Positions 1 to 11,573 of a stretch of DNA of 64,000 nucleotides are shown piece by piece. The position numbers and the translations under genes were made by a program. Source of the stretch: Candidatus Atelocyanobacterium thalassae (GTDB taxonomy: Bacteria; Cyanobacteriota; Cyanobacteriia; Cyanobacteriales; Microcystaceae); the NCBI GenBank assembly GCA_051971635.1, contig JBFPLN010000005.1, positions 32,001-96,000 of the forward strand, in the 5' to 3' direction. Below the pieces are notes generated by a model, which did no database searches, was not told the DNA's origin, and saw nothing but the letters and a program-made list of their open reading frames with translations. Position 1 is the first letter of the stretch, and each line of letters begins with the position of its first letter.

Positions 1-63
1 CGGTGGAGGAGTGCGAAAACTGGCATCTCCATGGTAAGCGGACTGAACAGCCTTAATTTCCAT
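1..63 (-). CDS. clpR: ATP-dependent Clp protease proteolytic-like subunit ClpR (5' end only; runs off the window)
   Basis: The minus strand from ATG at 63 reads MEIKAVQSAYHGDASFRTPPP, matching the cyanobacterial ClpR N-terminus (AVQ..YYGD..RTPPPDL). Not in the ORF track. Confidence 0.85.
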   Translation of the reverse strand, partial: MEIKAVQSAYHGDASFRTPPP

Positions 64-880
64 TGGATAGTTTTTTTATCTAAACAAACGGTGAGTAAAA
101 AATACTCTAATCTTGATTTTAACGAATTCTAAAAATAATCCATCAAAAGCAAAAATTCTCTAAAGCTTCAATTGATAATTGAAACTAAGGTAAGATTAAA
201 AAGCGAAACTTTTATACTAAATCATACTTTTTGCACATACACCATTATAGTATATTTCTTGTTACATTAAATAAATTAAAAAATCACTATTTCTATTAAT
301 TTTTTTGGTTATCTACAGTAAATAATGTTAGAAAAAAATAAGCTTAAATATTTTCTATCGACAAAGCCTTTTTATGTCTGTCAAAATAGCTCTATAGATA
401 ATGATTTATTTCAACAATAAGTCAAATTTTATTAAAGCTGTTATCATACATAAAAAATGATTTTTGGTTCAAGTAATCTAGAAAAGACAAATTAACTTAA
501 GTTTAGTTATCTTAATAAAACCTCGCCGAAAGAAGGATTTCACTGAACATTAGTAAAAGTGATTTTTGAAAATTCTACTATTACTACTACTTTTTTAAAA
601 ATAAAATTCCTATTTCTTAGAGTTTATATTTGTTTTTTAAAAAAATTAGTAGAGGCAAGGAAAGAAAATCATCGAATAAAATTGAAGAATTGCGGTAAAT
701 TTTTACAAACCGTAATACAATAGACACCATCTTTAATGAAAATCTGTCTTCAACTCGAAACTCTCATGGTAAAGTCCAAAATTTTCGTTTGCCAGAAACT
801 TCATAATAATTTATTAGGATCTTACAAGTTAAATAAGTGTATGTTAGTGCTTAAGTTGGCGTGAGGAGTGAAATTAATTA

Positions 881-1693
881 ATGAATTTGCAAAATGATGC
901 TCTAAAGGCTCTCAAAGAAACTAGTAGAACCTTTTATATACCAATCAGTCGTCTTCCTGATAATTTGCGTGAGGCCGTCGCTTCCGCTTATCTCTGTATG
1001 CGTGCTATCGATGAAGTTGAAGATCATCCTGAAATTGAAAACTTCATCAAGGCTAAGATTTTGCGACAAATGAGTCTTAATCTACAAGCTGTCAATGAAA
1101 AATCAGGAGTTAAAGATTTTTCAGCAGATTTAGCACCTTATAGCAATGTCTTACCAGATGTTAGTTTACAGTTAGGAAAATGGGCATTGCTAGCCCCTAA
1201 TACTATTGCGCCTCGGATTTGGGACGCGACGGCAGCAATGGCTGATAGAATGGCTTACTGGACAGAGAATAATTGGACGATTCGTACGGAAGCTCACCTA
1301 AATCAATACACTTTTAGTGTAGCTGGTGCAGTAGGAATACTATTATCAGATTTATGGTCATGGCATGATGGTACTCAAACAAATCGTCAGCATGCTATTG
1401 GTTTCGGTAGAGGGTTACAAGCTGTTAATATCATCCGTAATCATCGGGAAGATTTGAATCGTGGAGTAAGCTTTATTCCTCAAGGTTGGCACATAAAAGA
1501 TGTATATAAATATGCTCGCTATAATCTTACTTTAGCAGATCTTTATACTAAATCTCTTAGTTCAGGACCTGCACTAGACTTTTGTAAAATTCCTTTGGCT
1601 TTAGCTCATGGAACATTAGATGTAATAGCTCTAGGAAAAGATAAACTTAGCCGTAGTGATGTAATGGCTTTAGTACAACAAGTAACACACTAA
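881..1693 (+). CDS. sqs: Squalene synthase (phytoene/squalene synthase family, Sll0513-like)
   Basis: TSRTFYIPI, YLCMRAIDEVED (DxxED), VAGAVG and GLQAVNIIRN motifs; GAGGAG SD upstream. Confidence 0.85.
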   Translation: MNLQNDALKALKETSRTFYIPISRLPDNLREAVASAYLCMRAIDEVEDHPEIENFIKAKILRQMSLNLQAVNEKSGVKDFSADLAPYSNVLPDVSLQLGKWALLAPNTIAPRIWDATAAMADRMAYWTENNWTIRTEAHLNQYTFSVAGAVGILLSDLWSWHDGTQTNRQHAIGFGRGLQAVNIIRNHREDLNRGVSFIPQGWHIKDVYKYARYNLTLADLYTKSLSSGPALDFCKIPLALAHGTLDVIALGKDKLSRSDVMALVQQVTH

Positions 1694-1988
1694 ACCGCCA
1701 ACGAAGAGAATTTTAGCCTAGTTATCTATTAGATTGTTTAATTAAACAAAAAACAACAATATGAAATCTGCTAAATAGCTTCAAACAAATTTACTTATTT
1801 TACTTAACTATTTAAAAATAGTTATATTAAAAGCTAGTGATTTTTAACTATTTTAGGCTAAAGTTCACTTTTATTCGATTTCCGTTAATCTTAAATCCTA
1901 CCTTTTTTAATTCAAGATTTGTTAGGATAGTAGGCTAAGGCACATTAAAGTAGTATCTAATGCTATTTTTCCTAATTATTTTAAAGTT

Positions 1989-2023
1989 ATAAAGGAAGTG
2001 GGTCATTACCCCACTTCCTTTAT
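1989..2023 (+). promoter_or_regulatory. rimP leader hairpin (attenuator/terminator-like)
   Basis: Perfect 14-bp stem ATAAAGGAAGTGGG / CCCACTTCCTTTAT with a 7-nt loop, 20 nt upstream of the rimP ATG. Confidence 0.7.
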
Positions 2024-2043
2024 TGTCTGATATTTTTTAAGTA

Positions 2044-2499
2044 ATGACTCATTTATTAATTCAACAAATTATTAGTTTAACAACTCCCATTATCAAAGAA
2101 ATGGGAATAGATATAGTGAATGTAGCTTTTCAAACCAATAAGCGTCCTTCTGTTTTACGATTTGATATTTCTAATTCTACTAAAGATATCAGCTTGGATG
2201 ATTGTGTAAAAGTAAGCCGATCTCTAGAATCTATTTTAGATGAGACTGCTATTATTCCATATGCTTATGTTTTAGAAGTTTCAAGTCCTGGCATATCTCG
2301 ATCTTTAAATACTGAAAGAGATTTTCTTACATTCCAGGGGTTTGACATTAGTATCACAACAAGTTCTTCCTATTTAAATAAAAAAGAATGGCGAGGAAAA
2401 CTTCAAAAACGAGATTCTGAAACTATTTATCTTAACTGTAAAGGTAAAATAGTTTCCATTCCACGTTCTTTAGTAGTTCAAGTCCAATTAACAGACTGA
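2044..2499 (+). CDS. rimP: Ribosome maturation factor RimP
   Basis: ISLDDCVKVSR and YVLEVSSPGISR motifs; first gene of the rimP-nusA-infB operon. Confidence 0.95.
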   Translation: MTHLLIQQIISLTTPIIKEMGIDIVNVAFQTNKRPSVLRFDISNSTKDISLDDCVKVSRSLESILDETAIIPYAYVLEVSSPGISRSLNTERDFLTFQGFDISITTSSSYLNKKEWRGKLQKRDSETIYLNCKGKIVSIPRSLVVQVQLTD

Positions 2500-2543
2500 T
2501 ACACACTAGATTTATATAATTTATATATTTAGGAGATTTTTTT

Positions 2544-3707
2544 ATGTCCCTGGTCAGTTTACCTGGATTAATCAATATGATTGGAGAAATTAGTCAACGT
2601 CATAATTTACCCAAATCTGCTGTTCAAGAGGCCTTGAGAGAGGCTCTTTTGAAAGGTTACGAACGTTTTCGGCGCTCTCAGAATTTAGACCGTCAACCCT
2701 TTTACGATGAATATTTCGATAATTTCGAGGTTGAATTAGATACAGAAGAGGAAGGGTTTAGGATTTTATCCACGAAAAAAATTATGGAAAACGTGGAAAA
2801 TATTGATCACCATATCTCTCTCCAAGAAGTACAGGAAGTAGCTTCTGAAGCTCAGCTTGGTGATGAAGTCGTATTAGATGTGACACCTGAACAAAAAGAC
2901 TTCGGCCGAATGGCCGCTATTCAGACCAAGCAAGTACTTTTACAGAAACTGCGGGATCAACAAAGAAAGCTTATCCAAGAAGAATTTCAAGAATTAGAAG
3001 GTACAGTCCTTAGTGCTAGAGTTTTGCGTTTTGAACGCCAAGATATTATCGTTGCTGTTCAAAGTACTTTTGGTCAGCCTGAAGTAGAAGCAATTATTCC
3101 TAAGCGGGAGCAATTACCAAATGATAATTATCGAGCTAATTCATCTTTTAAAATACTTTTGAAAAAAGTAAGAGAAGGATCTCATCGTGGTCCACAGCTT
3201 TTAGTATCTCGTGCAGCAGCAGGATTAGTAGTAGATATGTTTTCTGTAGAAGTTCCTGAAATTGAGGAAGATATAGTAAGAATCGTTGCTGTTTCTAGAG
3301 AAGCTAATCCTCCTTCTCGCTATGTTGGTCCTAGAACTAAAATTGCTGTAGATACTTTAGAAAGAGATGTTGATCCTGTGGGTGCCTGTATTGGCGCACG
3401 AGGCTCTAGGATTCAAGCAGTTGTCAATGAGCTAAGGGGAGAAAAGATAGATGTTATTCGCTGGTCTCCTGATCCAGGTACTTATATAGCTAATGCTCTC
3501 AGTCCTGCTCGTGTGGATGAAGTAATATTGATTAGTCCCGATGAGAGGCATGCTCTAATATTAGTTGCAGAGGATCAGCTTAGTCTAGCTATTGGTAAAG
3601 AAGGACAAAACGTAAGATTAGCAGCACGATTAACAGGATGGAAAATTGATATTAAAAATACTATTGCCTATAGAGAAGAATTAGAAAATCAACAATTTGA
3701 AAATTAA
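2544..3707 (+). CDS. nusA: Transcription termination/antitermination factor NusA
   Basis: FGRMAAIQTKQV, S1 domain, KH motifs DPVGACIGARGSRI and AIGKEGQNVRLAARLTGWKIDI. Confidence 0.98.
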   Translation: MSLVSLPGLINMIGEISQRHNLPKSAVQEALREALLKGYERFRRSQNLDRQPFYDEYFDNFEVELDTEEEGFRILSTKKIMENVENIDHHISLQEVQEVASEAQLGDEVVLDVTPEQKDFGRMAAIQTKQVLLQKLRDQQRKLIQEEFQELEGTVLSARVLRFERQDIIVAVQSTFGQPEVEAIIPKREQLPNDNYRANSSFKILLKKVREGSHRGPQLLVSRAAAGLVVDMFSVEVPEIEEDIVRIVAVSREANPPSRYVGPRTKIAVDTLERDVDPVGACIGARGSRIQAVVNELRGEKIDVIRWSPDPGTYIANALSPARVDEVILISPDERHALILVAEDQLSLAIGKEGQNVRLAARLTGWKIDIKNTIAYREELENQQFEN

Positions 3708-3777
3708 TGAGCTTAAAATGGTAAAAAATTAATTTCATATAGGATAAATCTTTCACAATAAACCAATCTAAATCATA

Positions 3778-4035
3778 ATGGAAGCAAATTATCGACGTTG
3801 TATTAGCTGTCGTTGTATTAATCATAAAGAGACATTTTGGAGAATAGTAAAAGTCTATTTATCTCAAAAGGTACAATTAGATAAGGGAATGGGAAGATCA
3901 GCCTATTTATGTCCTAATGAAACTTGTTTAGCCATCGCTAGTCAAAAAAATCGTCTAGGACGAGGATTAAGAACTTCAATCCCTCAAGACATCTATAAGA
4001 AATTATGGGAACGTTTAGAAAATGAAAGTGCTTAG
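3778..4035 (+). CDS. ylxR: YlxR/DUF448 family RNA-binding protein
   Basis: RRCISCR...GMGRSAYLC motif; lies between nusA and infB. Confidence 0.9.
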   Translation: MEANYRRCISCRCINHKETFWRIVKVYLSQKVQLDKGMGRSAYLCPNETCLAIASQKNRLGRGLRTSIPQDIYKKLWERLENESA

Positions 4036-4257
4036 AAAAGTTTATTTCAGATTATCTATTAGTTTCATAAATCCGAATATAATTTTCTTAAAAATTTGGA
4101 TACAAAAAATAGTATTCTCATAGATGTAGAAGAGAAAATTGTTTTCATAATCATGATTATAAAATTTTACTCATATAGCTTTACAAAGAGCTTCTTTGTC
4201 AACCTTGTCGAGAAACTCAGCATTTATAATAGCCAAACTTAGTTAGGGGGATAGTGG

Positions 4258-7239
4258 ATGAACAACGTACATAAAGTAAGAATTTACGATTTATCAAAAG
4301 AATTAAATCTAGAAAACAAAGAGATTCTAGAAATTTGTGCTCAACTTAATATTGCTGTAAAAAGTCATAGTAGTACAATTACAGAATCACAAGTTGAGCG
4401 AATTAAGGTAATGGCAGAAAAATACATTACAAAGCAAGGAACATCTCAAATAAACGACATCAACATATCAAGTGAAAAAAAGCAGCAAATTCTAGCTATT
4501 CACCATAAACAAATTCACTCATCTTCTACTGAAGATGAATCTGATGATCAATTAAATTATTTAGAGAATCCACAAACGGCTATCTCACCACAGTCACCAA
4601 CGGCTCCAAAACCACCTCAAAAACCAATTTCACCAACATCAATAAAATCACCAAAAGCTGATCGAGGTAGCCTATCTAAACCCTCGATTTTAACAGAAAA
4701 ATCTAAGCCAGAAATTATAGATTCTGATCTATCAGAAGCTCCTCGATTAGAAATATCTTCTAAAGAAAATTTTGAAAAGCCTACTAATAAACCAAGTAGA
4801 GTAAAACCATCTTTAGAAGGAAAAAATAAAATCAAACTTCCAAAGAGAGTTTCTAAAAGTATTTCTCTTAAATCAAAAGAAAAATCAGACACACCAGACA
4901 TTACGACTGAAATTCAGCTGAAGAAAAACCTAAAAAAACCTAGTATTGGAAAACCAGATCTGAAAAAGCCCTCTTCTCATCCAGCAGAAGAAGAGAAAAA
5001 AAATACTGTAACTTTTTCTACTCTTGATTCATCTTCAATAATTGAAGATGATGATGATGAAAATGATGAAACCGATGAAATACTTGATATTGAACTCAAG
5101 CCCAAACCTCAATTAAAACGACCTGCACCACCACGAATTTCTAAGAAAAAGGCTTGGGAAGAAGAAGAGGATGAGGGAAATAAGGCAAAAACAAATAAGG
5201 CAAGTACTAAGGCAAAACGCCGTTTTCAAACAATTGAAGATGAAGATGATGATTTTGAATCAGGATCAGATCTTAATACTGTCTCCCTAAGTCTAAGTCT
5301 TTCTATAGCTCGTCCGCCAAAACCAAAATCTGATCTTCAAGTAAATGAGGTAGTTCATAAACCTAAAAAGCCAACTTTAAAAACAATTGGTTCAACGACT
5401 GAGCGTAATCGTTCTGAGCGCAAAGAACGTCAAGAAGCTCCTCGCCTACCAGAAAAAATAATTCTTGAAAAGAATCTTACAGTGAGAGAACTATCAGAGC
5501 GTTTATGTATATCAGAAACAGAAATTATTAAACTTTTATTTACTAAGGGAATTGCAGTAAATATCACTCAAACCTTGGATCAAGAGACGGCTAAAATGGT
5601 TACGGAATCATTTGGAGTTATTGTAGAAATTCCAGACGAGAAATCTGCAGCTATAAAAAATACAGAAATGCTTGACGAAGCAGATCTTGATCAGCTTAAA
5701 CGACGTCCTCCTGTAGTTACGATAATGGGCCATGTAGATCATGGTAAAACAACACTTCTTGACTCTATACGTGAAACAAAAGTAGCGCAGGGAGAGGCAG
5801 GTGGTATTACGCAACATATTGGCGCTTACCATGTAGATATTAAGCATGATAATAAAAAACAACAACTAGTATTTTTAGATACACCTGGTCATGAGGCGTT
5901 TACAGCAATGCGGGCTAGAGGAGCTAGAATAACAGACATAGCTATTCTCGTAGTAGCAGCCGATGATGGTGTACAACCTCAGACTAGAGAAGCTATTAGT
6001 CATGCCAAAGCAGCTGAAGTTCCAATTGTTGTAGCTATAAATAAAATTGATAAATTAGAATCAAATCCAGATCGTATTAAACAGGAACTATCAGATTTAG
6101 GTCTCGTACCGGAAGAATGGGGTGGCGACACTATAATGGTTCCAGTAAGTGCTCTCAAGGGCGATAATCTTGATCAGTTATTAGAAATGTTAGTTTTAGT
6201 ATCTGAAATTGAAGAGTTATCAGCTAATCCTAATCGCTTAGCCAAAGGAACAGTAATTGAGGCTCATTTAGATAAAAATCGAGGTCCAGTAGCAACATTA
6301 TTGATACAAAACGGTACTCTACGAGTAGGTGATGCTCTCGTTGCCGGTCCTGTCTTTGGGAAAATACGTGCGATGATAGATGATCGAGGAAACAAAGTTA
6401 AAGAAGCCTCTCCTTCTTTTGCAGTCGAAATTCTTGGATTAAGTAGTGTACCAGCTGCGGGAGATGAGTTTGACATTTATTCAAGTGAAAAAGAAGCACG
6501 TTCTATCGCTGATAAAAATGCTCAAAATAGTCGTCAGACCAGACTACAGCAGGCCTTGTCTTCACGTCGTGTCACTTTAAGTACCTTATCAGCTCAGGCT
6601 CAAGATGGAGAGTTGAAAGAATTAAATCTCATCCTTAAAGCTGATGTTCAGGGATCTATTGAAGCCATTTTAGGTTCCTTAGAACAGTTACCTCAAACTG
6701 AAGTACAAATACGTGTTTTACTAGCTGCTCCAGGAGAAGTAACAGAAACAGATGTCGATCTTGCCGCTGCAAGTGGTGCAGTCATTATTGGATTTAATAC
6801 TAATTTAGCTAATGGTGCCAGAGCTTCTGCCGATCAAGAAGAGGTAGATATCAGGGAATACGATATTATTTATAAGCTCTTAGACGATATTCAAGGAGCT
6901 ATGGAAGGTCTTCTTGAACCTGAAGAGATAGAATCTCCTCTAGGACAGGCTGAAGTTCGGGCTGTTTTCCCAGTAGGTAGAGGAGCTGTCGCAGGTTGTT
7001 ACGTATTGTCTGGTAAAGTTGTCCGTAATCGTTTCATTCGAGTTGTTCGAGATGGTAATACAGTTTACCAAGGAACATTAGATTCCTTAAAAAGGATGAA
7101 AGAAGTTGTCAGAGAAGTAAATTCAGGTTACGAATGTGGTATAGGTATTGATAAGTTTAATAATTGGAACGAAGGTGATACGATTGAAGCCTTTGAAATG
7201 ATTATGAAACGTCGTACTCTAATTGGAAGAACTACATAA
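4258..7239 (+). CDS. infB: Translation initiation factor IF-2
   Basis: [25 protein letters not shown] and NKID GTPase motifs; long low-complexity N-terminus. Confidence 0.99.
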   Translation: MNNVHKVRIYDLSKELNLENKEILEICAQLNIAVKSHSSTITESQVERIKVMAEKYITKQGTSQINDINISSEKKQQILAIHHKQIHSSSTEDESDDQLNYLENPQTAISPQSPTAPKPPQKPISPTSIKSPKADRGSLSKPSILTEKSKPEIIDSDLSEAPRLEISSKENFEKPTNKPSRVKPSLEGKNKIKLPKRVSKSISLKSKEKSDTPDITTEIQLKKNLKKPSIGKPDLKKPSSHPAEEEKKNTVTFSTLDSSSIIEDDDDENDETDEILDIELKPKPQLKRPAPPRISKKKAWEEEEDEGNKAKTNKASTKAKRRFQTIEDEDDDFESGSDLNTVSLSLSLSIARPPKPKSDLQVNEVVHKPKKPTLKTIGSTTERNRSERKERQEAPRLPEKIILEKNLTVRELSERLCISETEIIKLLFTKGIAVNITQTLDQETAKMVTESFGVIVEIPDEKSAAIKNTEMLDEADLDQLKRRPPVVTIMGHVDHGKTTLLDSIRETKVAQGEAGGITQHIGAYHVDIKHDNKKQQLVFLDTPGHEAFTAMRARGARITDIAILVVAADDGVQPQTREAISHAKAAEVPIVVAINKIDKLESNPDRIKQELSDLGLVPEEWGGDTIMVPVSALKGDNLDQLLEMLVLVSEIEELSANPNRLAKGTVIEAHLDKNRGPVATLLIQNGTLRVGDALVAGPVFGKIRAMIDDRGNKVKEASPSFAVEILGLSSVPAAGDEFDIYSSEKEARSIADKNAQNSRQTRLQQALSSRRVTLSTLSAQAQDGELKELNLILKADVQGSIEAILGSLEQLPQTEVQIRVLLAAPGEVTETDVDLAAASGAVIIGFNTNLANGARASADQEEVDIREYDIIYKLLDDIQGAMEGLLEPEEIESPLGQAEVRAVFPVGRGAVAGCYVLSGKVVRNRFIRVVRDGNTVYQGTLDSLKRMKEVVREVNSGYECGIGIDKFNNWNEGDTIEAFEMIMKRRTLIGRTT

Positions 7240-7270
7240 ATTACTTTTTTAGTTAGAAAATTAATTGGTT

Positions 7271-7310
7271 ATAACAAAGCTTGATATCATCAGATATCAA
7301 GCTTTGTTAT
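7271..7310. terminator. Bidirectional terminator-like inverted repeat between convergent infB and the glycosyltransferase gene
   Basis: Perfect 18-bp arms ATAACAAAGCTTGATATC / GATATCAAGCTTTGTTAT with a 4-nt loop. Confidence 0.75.
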
Positions 7311-7334
7311 GAAAACAATACAATCGATTATGTA

Positions 7335-10334
7335 TTATTTTTTACTACTAATATTAGTAAACCATAAAGATGAATGCTGTTCGTGACGGTTGTCATTAAA
7401 TATTGTATAAGTCGGTTCTAATCCTAAACTTAAATCTTTATTCCATGAAGACCGATGCTCTTTTTGGATCTGAGCAGCAACTTTACGAACTTCCAGTATT
7501 TTTTTAAAAGGAGACCATTGAGATAGCTTAGAAATACAATCTAACGATCGATAAGATTTTAGTAAAATTTCAATTCCATCAAAATATTTTAAAGCTTTTG
7601 ATTGAGGACAAACTTCTTTAAGATAAAGGCATAAATTATAGGCATATTCTAAATCTGTACTCGTGTGCATACAATAAGATTTTCTGTAGCATAAACATAA
7701 ATAAACTAGATTCTCTACTTCTTCTACACTTCTATTCGCAAAGGCATAACGAATTCCTCCAAGAGTACGATGAATATACCAAGCTCTTATATCTTCAATT
7801 TCGATTGCTGGACTTTGTGTTGTTCTTTCGTCGGGATAATTCCAAAATACTCCTAAGGTACAGTCTACAATTTTACTTCTTATAAATGGAAGAACACGAC
7901 TTTTAAACTCAGTATCGCCAGCTCCTCTAAAACTACTATCGTAGTAGCCAAATCTTTCATGTATAGAACGACGATATAAAGCACCTACCCATGATAGGTA
8001 ACAAGTTTCTAAATAGACTAAATCTTGTTTATATTCCTTTCGATAATAAGGCATGATATCGCTTACCCAGCTACCATTATGATCAACTTCAGTAACAAGA
8101 CTATGTCCAGTAATCCAATCTAAATCCTGAGTTTTATCTAATTCATTAGCAAGAATTTCTAGACAATTTGGAAGAATGGTTTCATCCACTCCTAAGAAAG
8201 ATAAAAAATTTGCTTTAGATAGATCAATCCCCCTATTCCAAGCCATTTGTATAGTTTCTCTTTCTTTGGATCTTGCATAAATAACAGGAATGTTTAACTT
8301 ATCAATTATTTGTTTAAAAACTGTATATTCATCTCCCGGAGAACCACTATCTATTAAAATAATTTCTGCTTCTTTTCTTTGAACAAGCGTTTGATGTTTT
8401 AAAGTTTTTAAAAAGAAAGCAAGTTTAGAGGATGCATTATAAAGAGAAACTATTATACTGACACGATAAGTTGATTTATCACGTCGATCATCTAGAAATT
8501 CATAATCCCATTTATCTTTTGATAAATTATTTAATCGGTTTTGCTCTAATAATTGATAACATTTATTTTCTTTATCTTCTGAAGTATCATACATTGCCTG
8601 TATTGCTATCGATTCCTGAGTAAAACCTTCATTATTCAAAACTCTGACTATAGAAGGAAGATCACCAAACAAATCTTCATTTAATAAGCGTATGCTCCTT
8701 AATTTATAAGTAGCTGCAACTAGTCTATTTCCTCTTAAGTCTTCAATTCTAGCAATTCCTTTCCATAAACGAACCCTATCAATACGATATCCATTACCTA
8801 ATCGACCTCGTATACCTCCACCTTCATAATCAACATTTGAACTCAACTTCCAACATTCTTGAATTTTTTTGTCAAGATCCTTCTGAGTTAATTCTAAAGT
8901 ATTAAAAATATGTTTGTATCGTCTAACTAATTTAGGTGATTTTAAGACTTGAGCGTTATGAGCTTTACTTAGCGGAATTTTTATAAGTTCTTTATTTCTT
9001 CTAACTTCATTTTTAATTTGTTGATAAATAGGCTTTATGCCGGATCTGATTTTAGATTTTAGTAATCTAATACCTGGGATTTTATCTAGGCCATTTAATT
9101 GACCAGATTCCCAATAATTTATCAATTGTAAGTACCAGCGATTTAAATCTTTACGAACTTCAAAATTAGAAACTGGAGAAGAACTATAAATTTCTGTCAA
9201 AGAAGGATCATTAGTTTTAAAACTTGAGTCACGAATTCCAGCGATTAATTTATTTCTATAATCACCATAGTTATTCAATAGATTAATAATTTCTGGTAAA
9301 GAATCATAAATATTATGAATATCAATTTTAATAAATGGAATTTTTGGAAAGTTATCTTCTAAGAAACGACACACTCCTGCACCATTCCCAATAATAGTGG
9401 GACATCCTGAAAATAGTGATTCTAAAGCTACTAAATTTAAAGTATCGTACCGAGAAGGAACAAAGGTAATCGATTTACTATTAAATAATTTTATTAGATC
9501 TGAATGTGGCATTGATGGACACATTCTTAGATCTTTTTGCCTATTGGCAATCATCTCTTCTAAGTAATCTTCAGACGATTGACTTCCATTATAGTTGTAA
9601 CTGTGAGGACCTATTATAGAAGCAGTATGATATTTATCTCGTGGTATCCACCAGATTAAATCTACAAAAATATCAGGTCCTTTGCGTTTTTCTGTTCTAC
9701 CAATAAAATTGAGATTAGGTGAAGATTTTGAAGCAGAATTCGACTTGATTTCAGGCAAATCCATAAAATGTAGTGGATTATAGTAATAAGATTCTAAACT
9801 ATCAACTTCTTTCCACTCATCTAAATAACTCTTACTAATTCCATAACGAATATCTACAGCTTGATATTGCATTTTTTCTTGCAAAGAAAGTGGGATATTT
9901 TCTTTACCATTAAACCAATCTAACTCTAATGTTTTAGATATGATGCCATGCATTGAAAGTGCGATTAAGTCACAATTTACATGAAAATATTTTAAAGCAG
10001 AACGTAAAAACATTCCCCACTGCTCATAATCAGGCACGTCAACCACGTCAAAATTCATGTTTTTACAAGAAGCTGCTATGTTACTAGCTTGGACAAAAGC
10101 TGATTGAACCCACTTAGGTGGCGTTGCTTCAAAAAAATTCTTGAAATCACCATAATTAAATACTTCTTGGTAAGGTATTTGATGAGAATTATGAAGATTA
10201 GAAATTTTTGGAGACTCGTTTTTAACAATATAATAAAAATCTATTTGAGGGTTTTTTTTAATAAGACTACGATAAAAAGTTTGTCCACCTCCCGTTTTCT
10301 GAAATAAATCAAAATCAGCAATAAGAACTTTCAT
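7335..10334 (-). CDS. Two-domain glycosyltransferase (N-terminal GT4-like GT-B domain, C-terminal GT2 GT-A domain)
   Basis: GGGQTF, FIGRTEKRKGPD and PSRYDTLNLVALESL fit GT4; VSIIVSLYN, IILIDSGSPG and AWNRGI fit GT2. Confidence 0.85.
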   Translation of the reverse strand: MKVLIADFDLFQKTGGGQTFYRSLIKKNPQIDFYYIVKNESPKISNLHNSHQIPYQEVFNYGDFKNFFEATPPKWVQSAFVQASNIAASCKNMNFDVVDVPDYEQWGMFLRSALKYFHVNCDLIALSMHGIISKTLELDWFNGKENIPLSLQEKMQYQAVDIRYGISKSYLDEWKEVDSLESYYYNPLHFMDLPEIKSNSASKSSPNLNFIGRTEKRKGPDIFVDLIWWIPRDKYHTASIIGPHSYNYNGSQSSEDYLEEMIANRQKDLRMCPSMPHSDLIKLFNSKSITFVPSRYDTLNLVALESLFSGCPTIIGNGAGVCRFLEDNFPKIPFIKIDIHNIYDSLPEIINLLNNYGDYRNKLIAGIRDSSFKTNDPSLTEIYSSSPVSNFEVRKDLNRWYLQLINYWESGQLNGLDKIPGIRLLKSKIRSGIKPIYQQIKNEVRRNKELIKIPLSKAHNAQVLKSPKLVRRYKHIFNTLELTQKDLDKKIQECWKLSSNVDYEGGGIRGRLGNGYRIDRVRLWKGIARIEDLRGNRLVAATYKLRSIRLLNEDLFGDLPSIVRVLNNEGFTQESIAIQAMYDTSEDKENKCYQLLEQNRLNNLSKDKWDYEFLDDRRDKSTYRVSIIVSLYNASSKLAFFLKTLKHQTLVQRKEAEIILIDSGSPGDEYTVFKQIIDKLNIPVIYARSKERETIQMAWNRGIDLSKANFLSFLGVDETILPNCLEILANELDKTQDLDWITGHSLVTEVDHNGSWVSDIMPYYRKEYKQDLVYLETCYLSWVGALYRRSIHERFGYYDSSFRGAGDTEFKSRVLPFIRSKIVDCTLGVFWNYPDERTTQSPAIEIEDIRAWYIHRTLGGIRYAFANRSVEEVENLVYLCLCYRKSYCMHTSTDLEYAYNLCLYLKEVCPQSKALKYFDGIEILLKSYRSLDCISKLSQWSPFKKILEVRKVAAQIQKEHRSSWNKDLSLGLEPTYTIFNDNRHEQHSSLWFTNISSKK

Positions 10335-10982
10335 ATAATTAATATTTATATTTGAATAATCGATTAATTTTAAATGTTTTTGAAAACTGTAGTTAAATAA
10401 TTAAAAAAATCAAAGATAGTCTATTAGTTTAACTGTTATTCAAAAAGATAATGAACTGTAAGATATTCTAAGTTGCTAATAAATATTAAAGACAACAAAA
10501 AATATAGCTAACTTACTTATGAGAATTTTTTGAGAATTAGTTAGCTAGAGAAGAATATATCTCCATAAACTATTTTATAAAAGATAAATTCTTTCGTAAG
10601 TATGGTTTACAGTATGTATTGTTTAATTTATGATTATTACATATATATTAATAAATACTATTAATACTGTTTTTATTTATTAGGCTAAGTTATACATATG
10701 CACAGAAATTTAAGTTTTAGCGGTGCGTATAATACATATTTATTGTTTCTTTACTAAAGTAAGCATAATTTTTTTATTTTATATACCGTACTATCTAGTT
10801 ACTAGTTAATTTCTAAATATTTAAGATGATAAAAAAGCGTTTTATTATTTCCTTTGACAAAATTATAGCTCTGTAAATATAGGTTTTTACAAATAAATAT
10901 GTAGGTGTAATTTTTCTTATGCAATAAATGTATTGTTCTTCTATTCTACAATGTTTTTATATTATTTAAATACTCATAAAAA

Positions 10983-11573
10983 ATGCCAGAAGTATCCCCA
11001 GATAAATTAGTTCAAGGACTTTTTAAAGGTAAAGTAGTTAGCTTTCCTACTGATACAATTCCTGCTTTAGCAACGCTACCTCAAAATGCTTCTTCAATTT
11101 TTGCTATGAAGAAGCGATCTTTCGAAAAACCCCTAATTTTAATGTGTTCATCTTCAGAAGCTATCTGGAAATACACCAAAGGAACTTCTGAAGAATTAAA
11201 AATTTGGAAAAATATAGCGTATAAATATTGGCCAGGTCCATTAACCCTAGTATTACCAGCCTCTGATTTTATTATAAATATAAATACTAATAATCTTATT
11301 AACTCGAAGACAATAGGAATACGTATCCCTAATTGTTTTGTAACACAAAGAATATTACAGAAGGTAGGATGCTTGCTGACTACTAGTGTTAATATTTCAG
11401 GAGAGAAACCTGCAGAAAATATAAGTGAAATATTGCAAAACTTTCCTGAAGTTTTAGTTTTGCGGAAACAAGATTTTAATAATTATAAAAATAGTACTGG
11501 TTTACCATCTACTGTTATGGAGTGGGAATCAAGAAAATGGAAAATTTTACGGCAAGGTTATATTAATATTTAA
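10983..11573 (+). CDS. tsaC: L-threonylcarbamoyladenylate synthase (TsaC/YrdC)
   Basis: FPTDT, KKR...KPL, WPGPLTLVL, IGIRIP and TTSVNISG motifs. Confidence 0.92.
   Translation: MPEVSPDKLVQGLFKGKVVSFPTDTIPALATLPQNASSIFAMKKRSFEKPLILMCSSSEAIWKYTKGTSEELKIWKNIAYKYWPGPLTLVLPASDFIININTNNLINSKTIGIRIPNCFVTQRILQKVGCLLTTSVNISGEKPAENISEILQNFPEVLVLRKQDFNNYKNSTGLPSTVMEWESRKWKILRQGYINI

Noticed and set aside
680..810. Slightly GC-richer stretch upstream of sqs as an sRNA or small ORF
   Set aside because: No convincing start codon, homology or stable structure identifiable by eye.
4440..5450. Pro/Lys/acidic low-complexity tracts in infB as a repeat or insertion
   Set aside because: Normal for the long N-terminus of cyanobacterial IF-2; the reading frame is intact.
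4617..6476. Short antisense or overlapping ORFs in the track (e.g. 4617-4901, 5608-5865, 6264-6476 and similar ones throughout the window)
   Set aside because: They lie within well-supported genes on the opposite strand or another frame and have no recognisable motifs; shadow ORFs.
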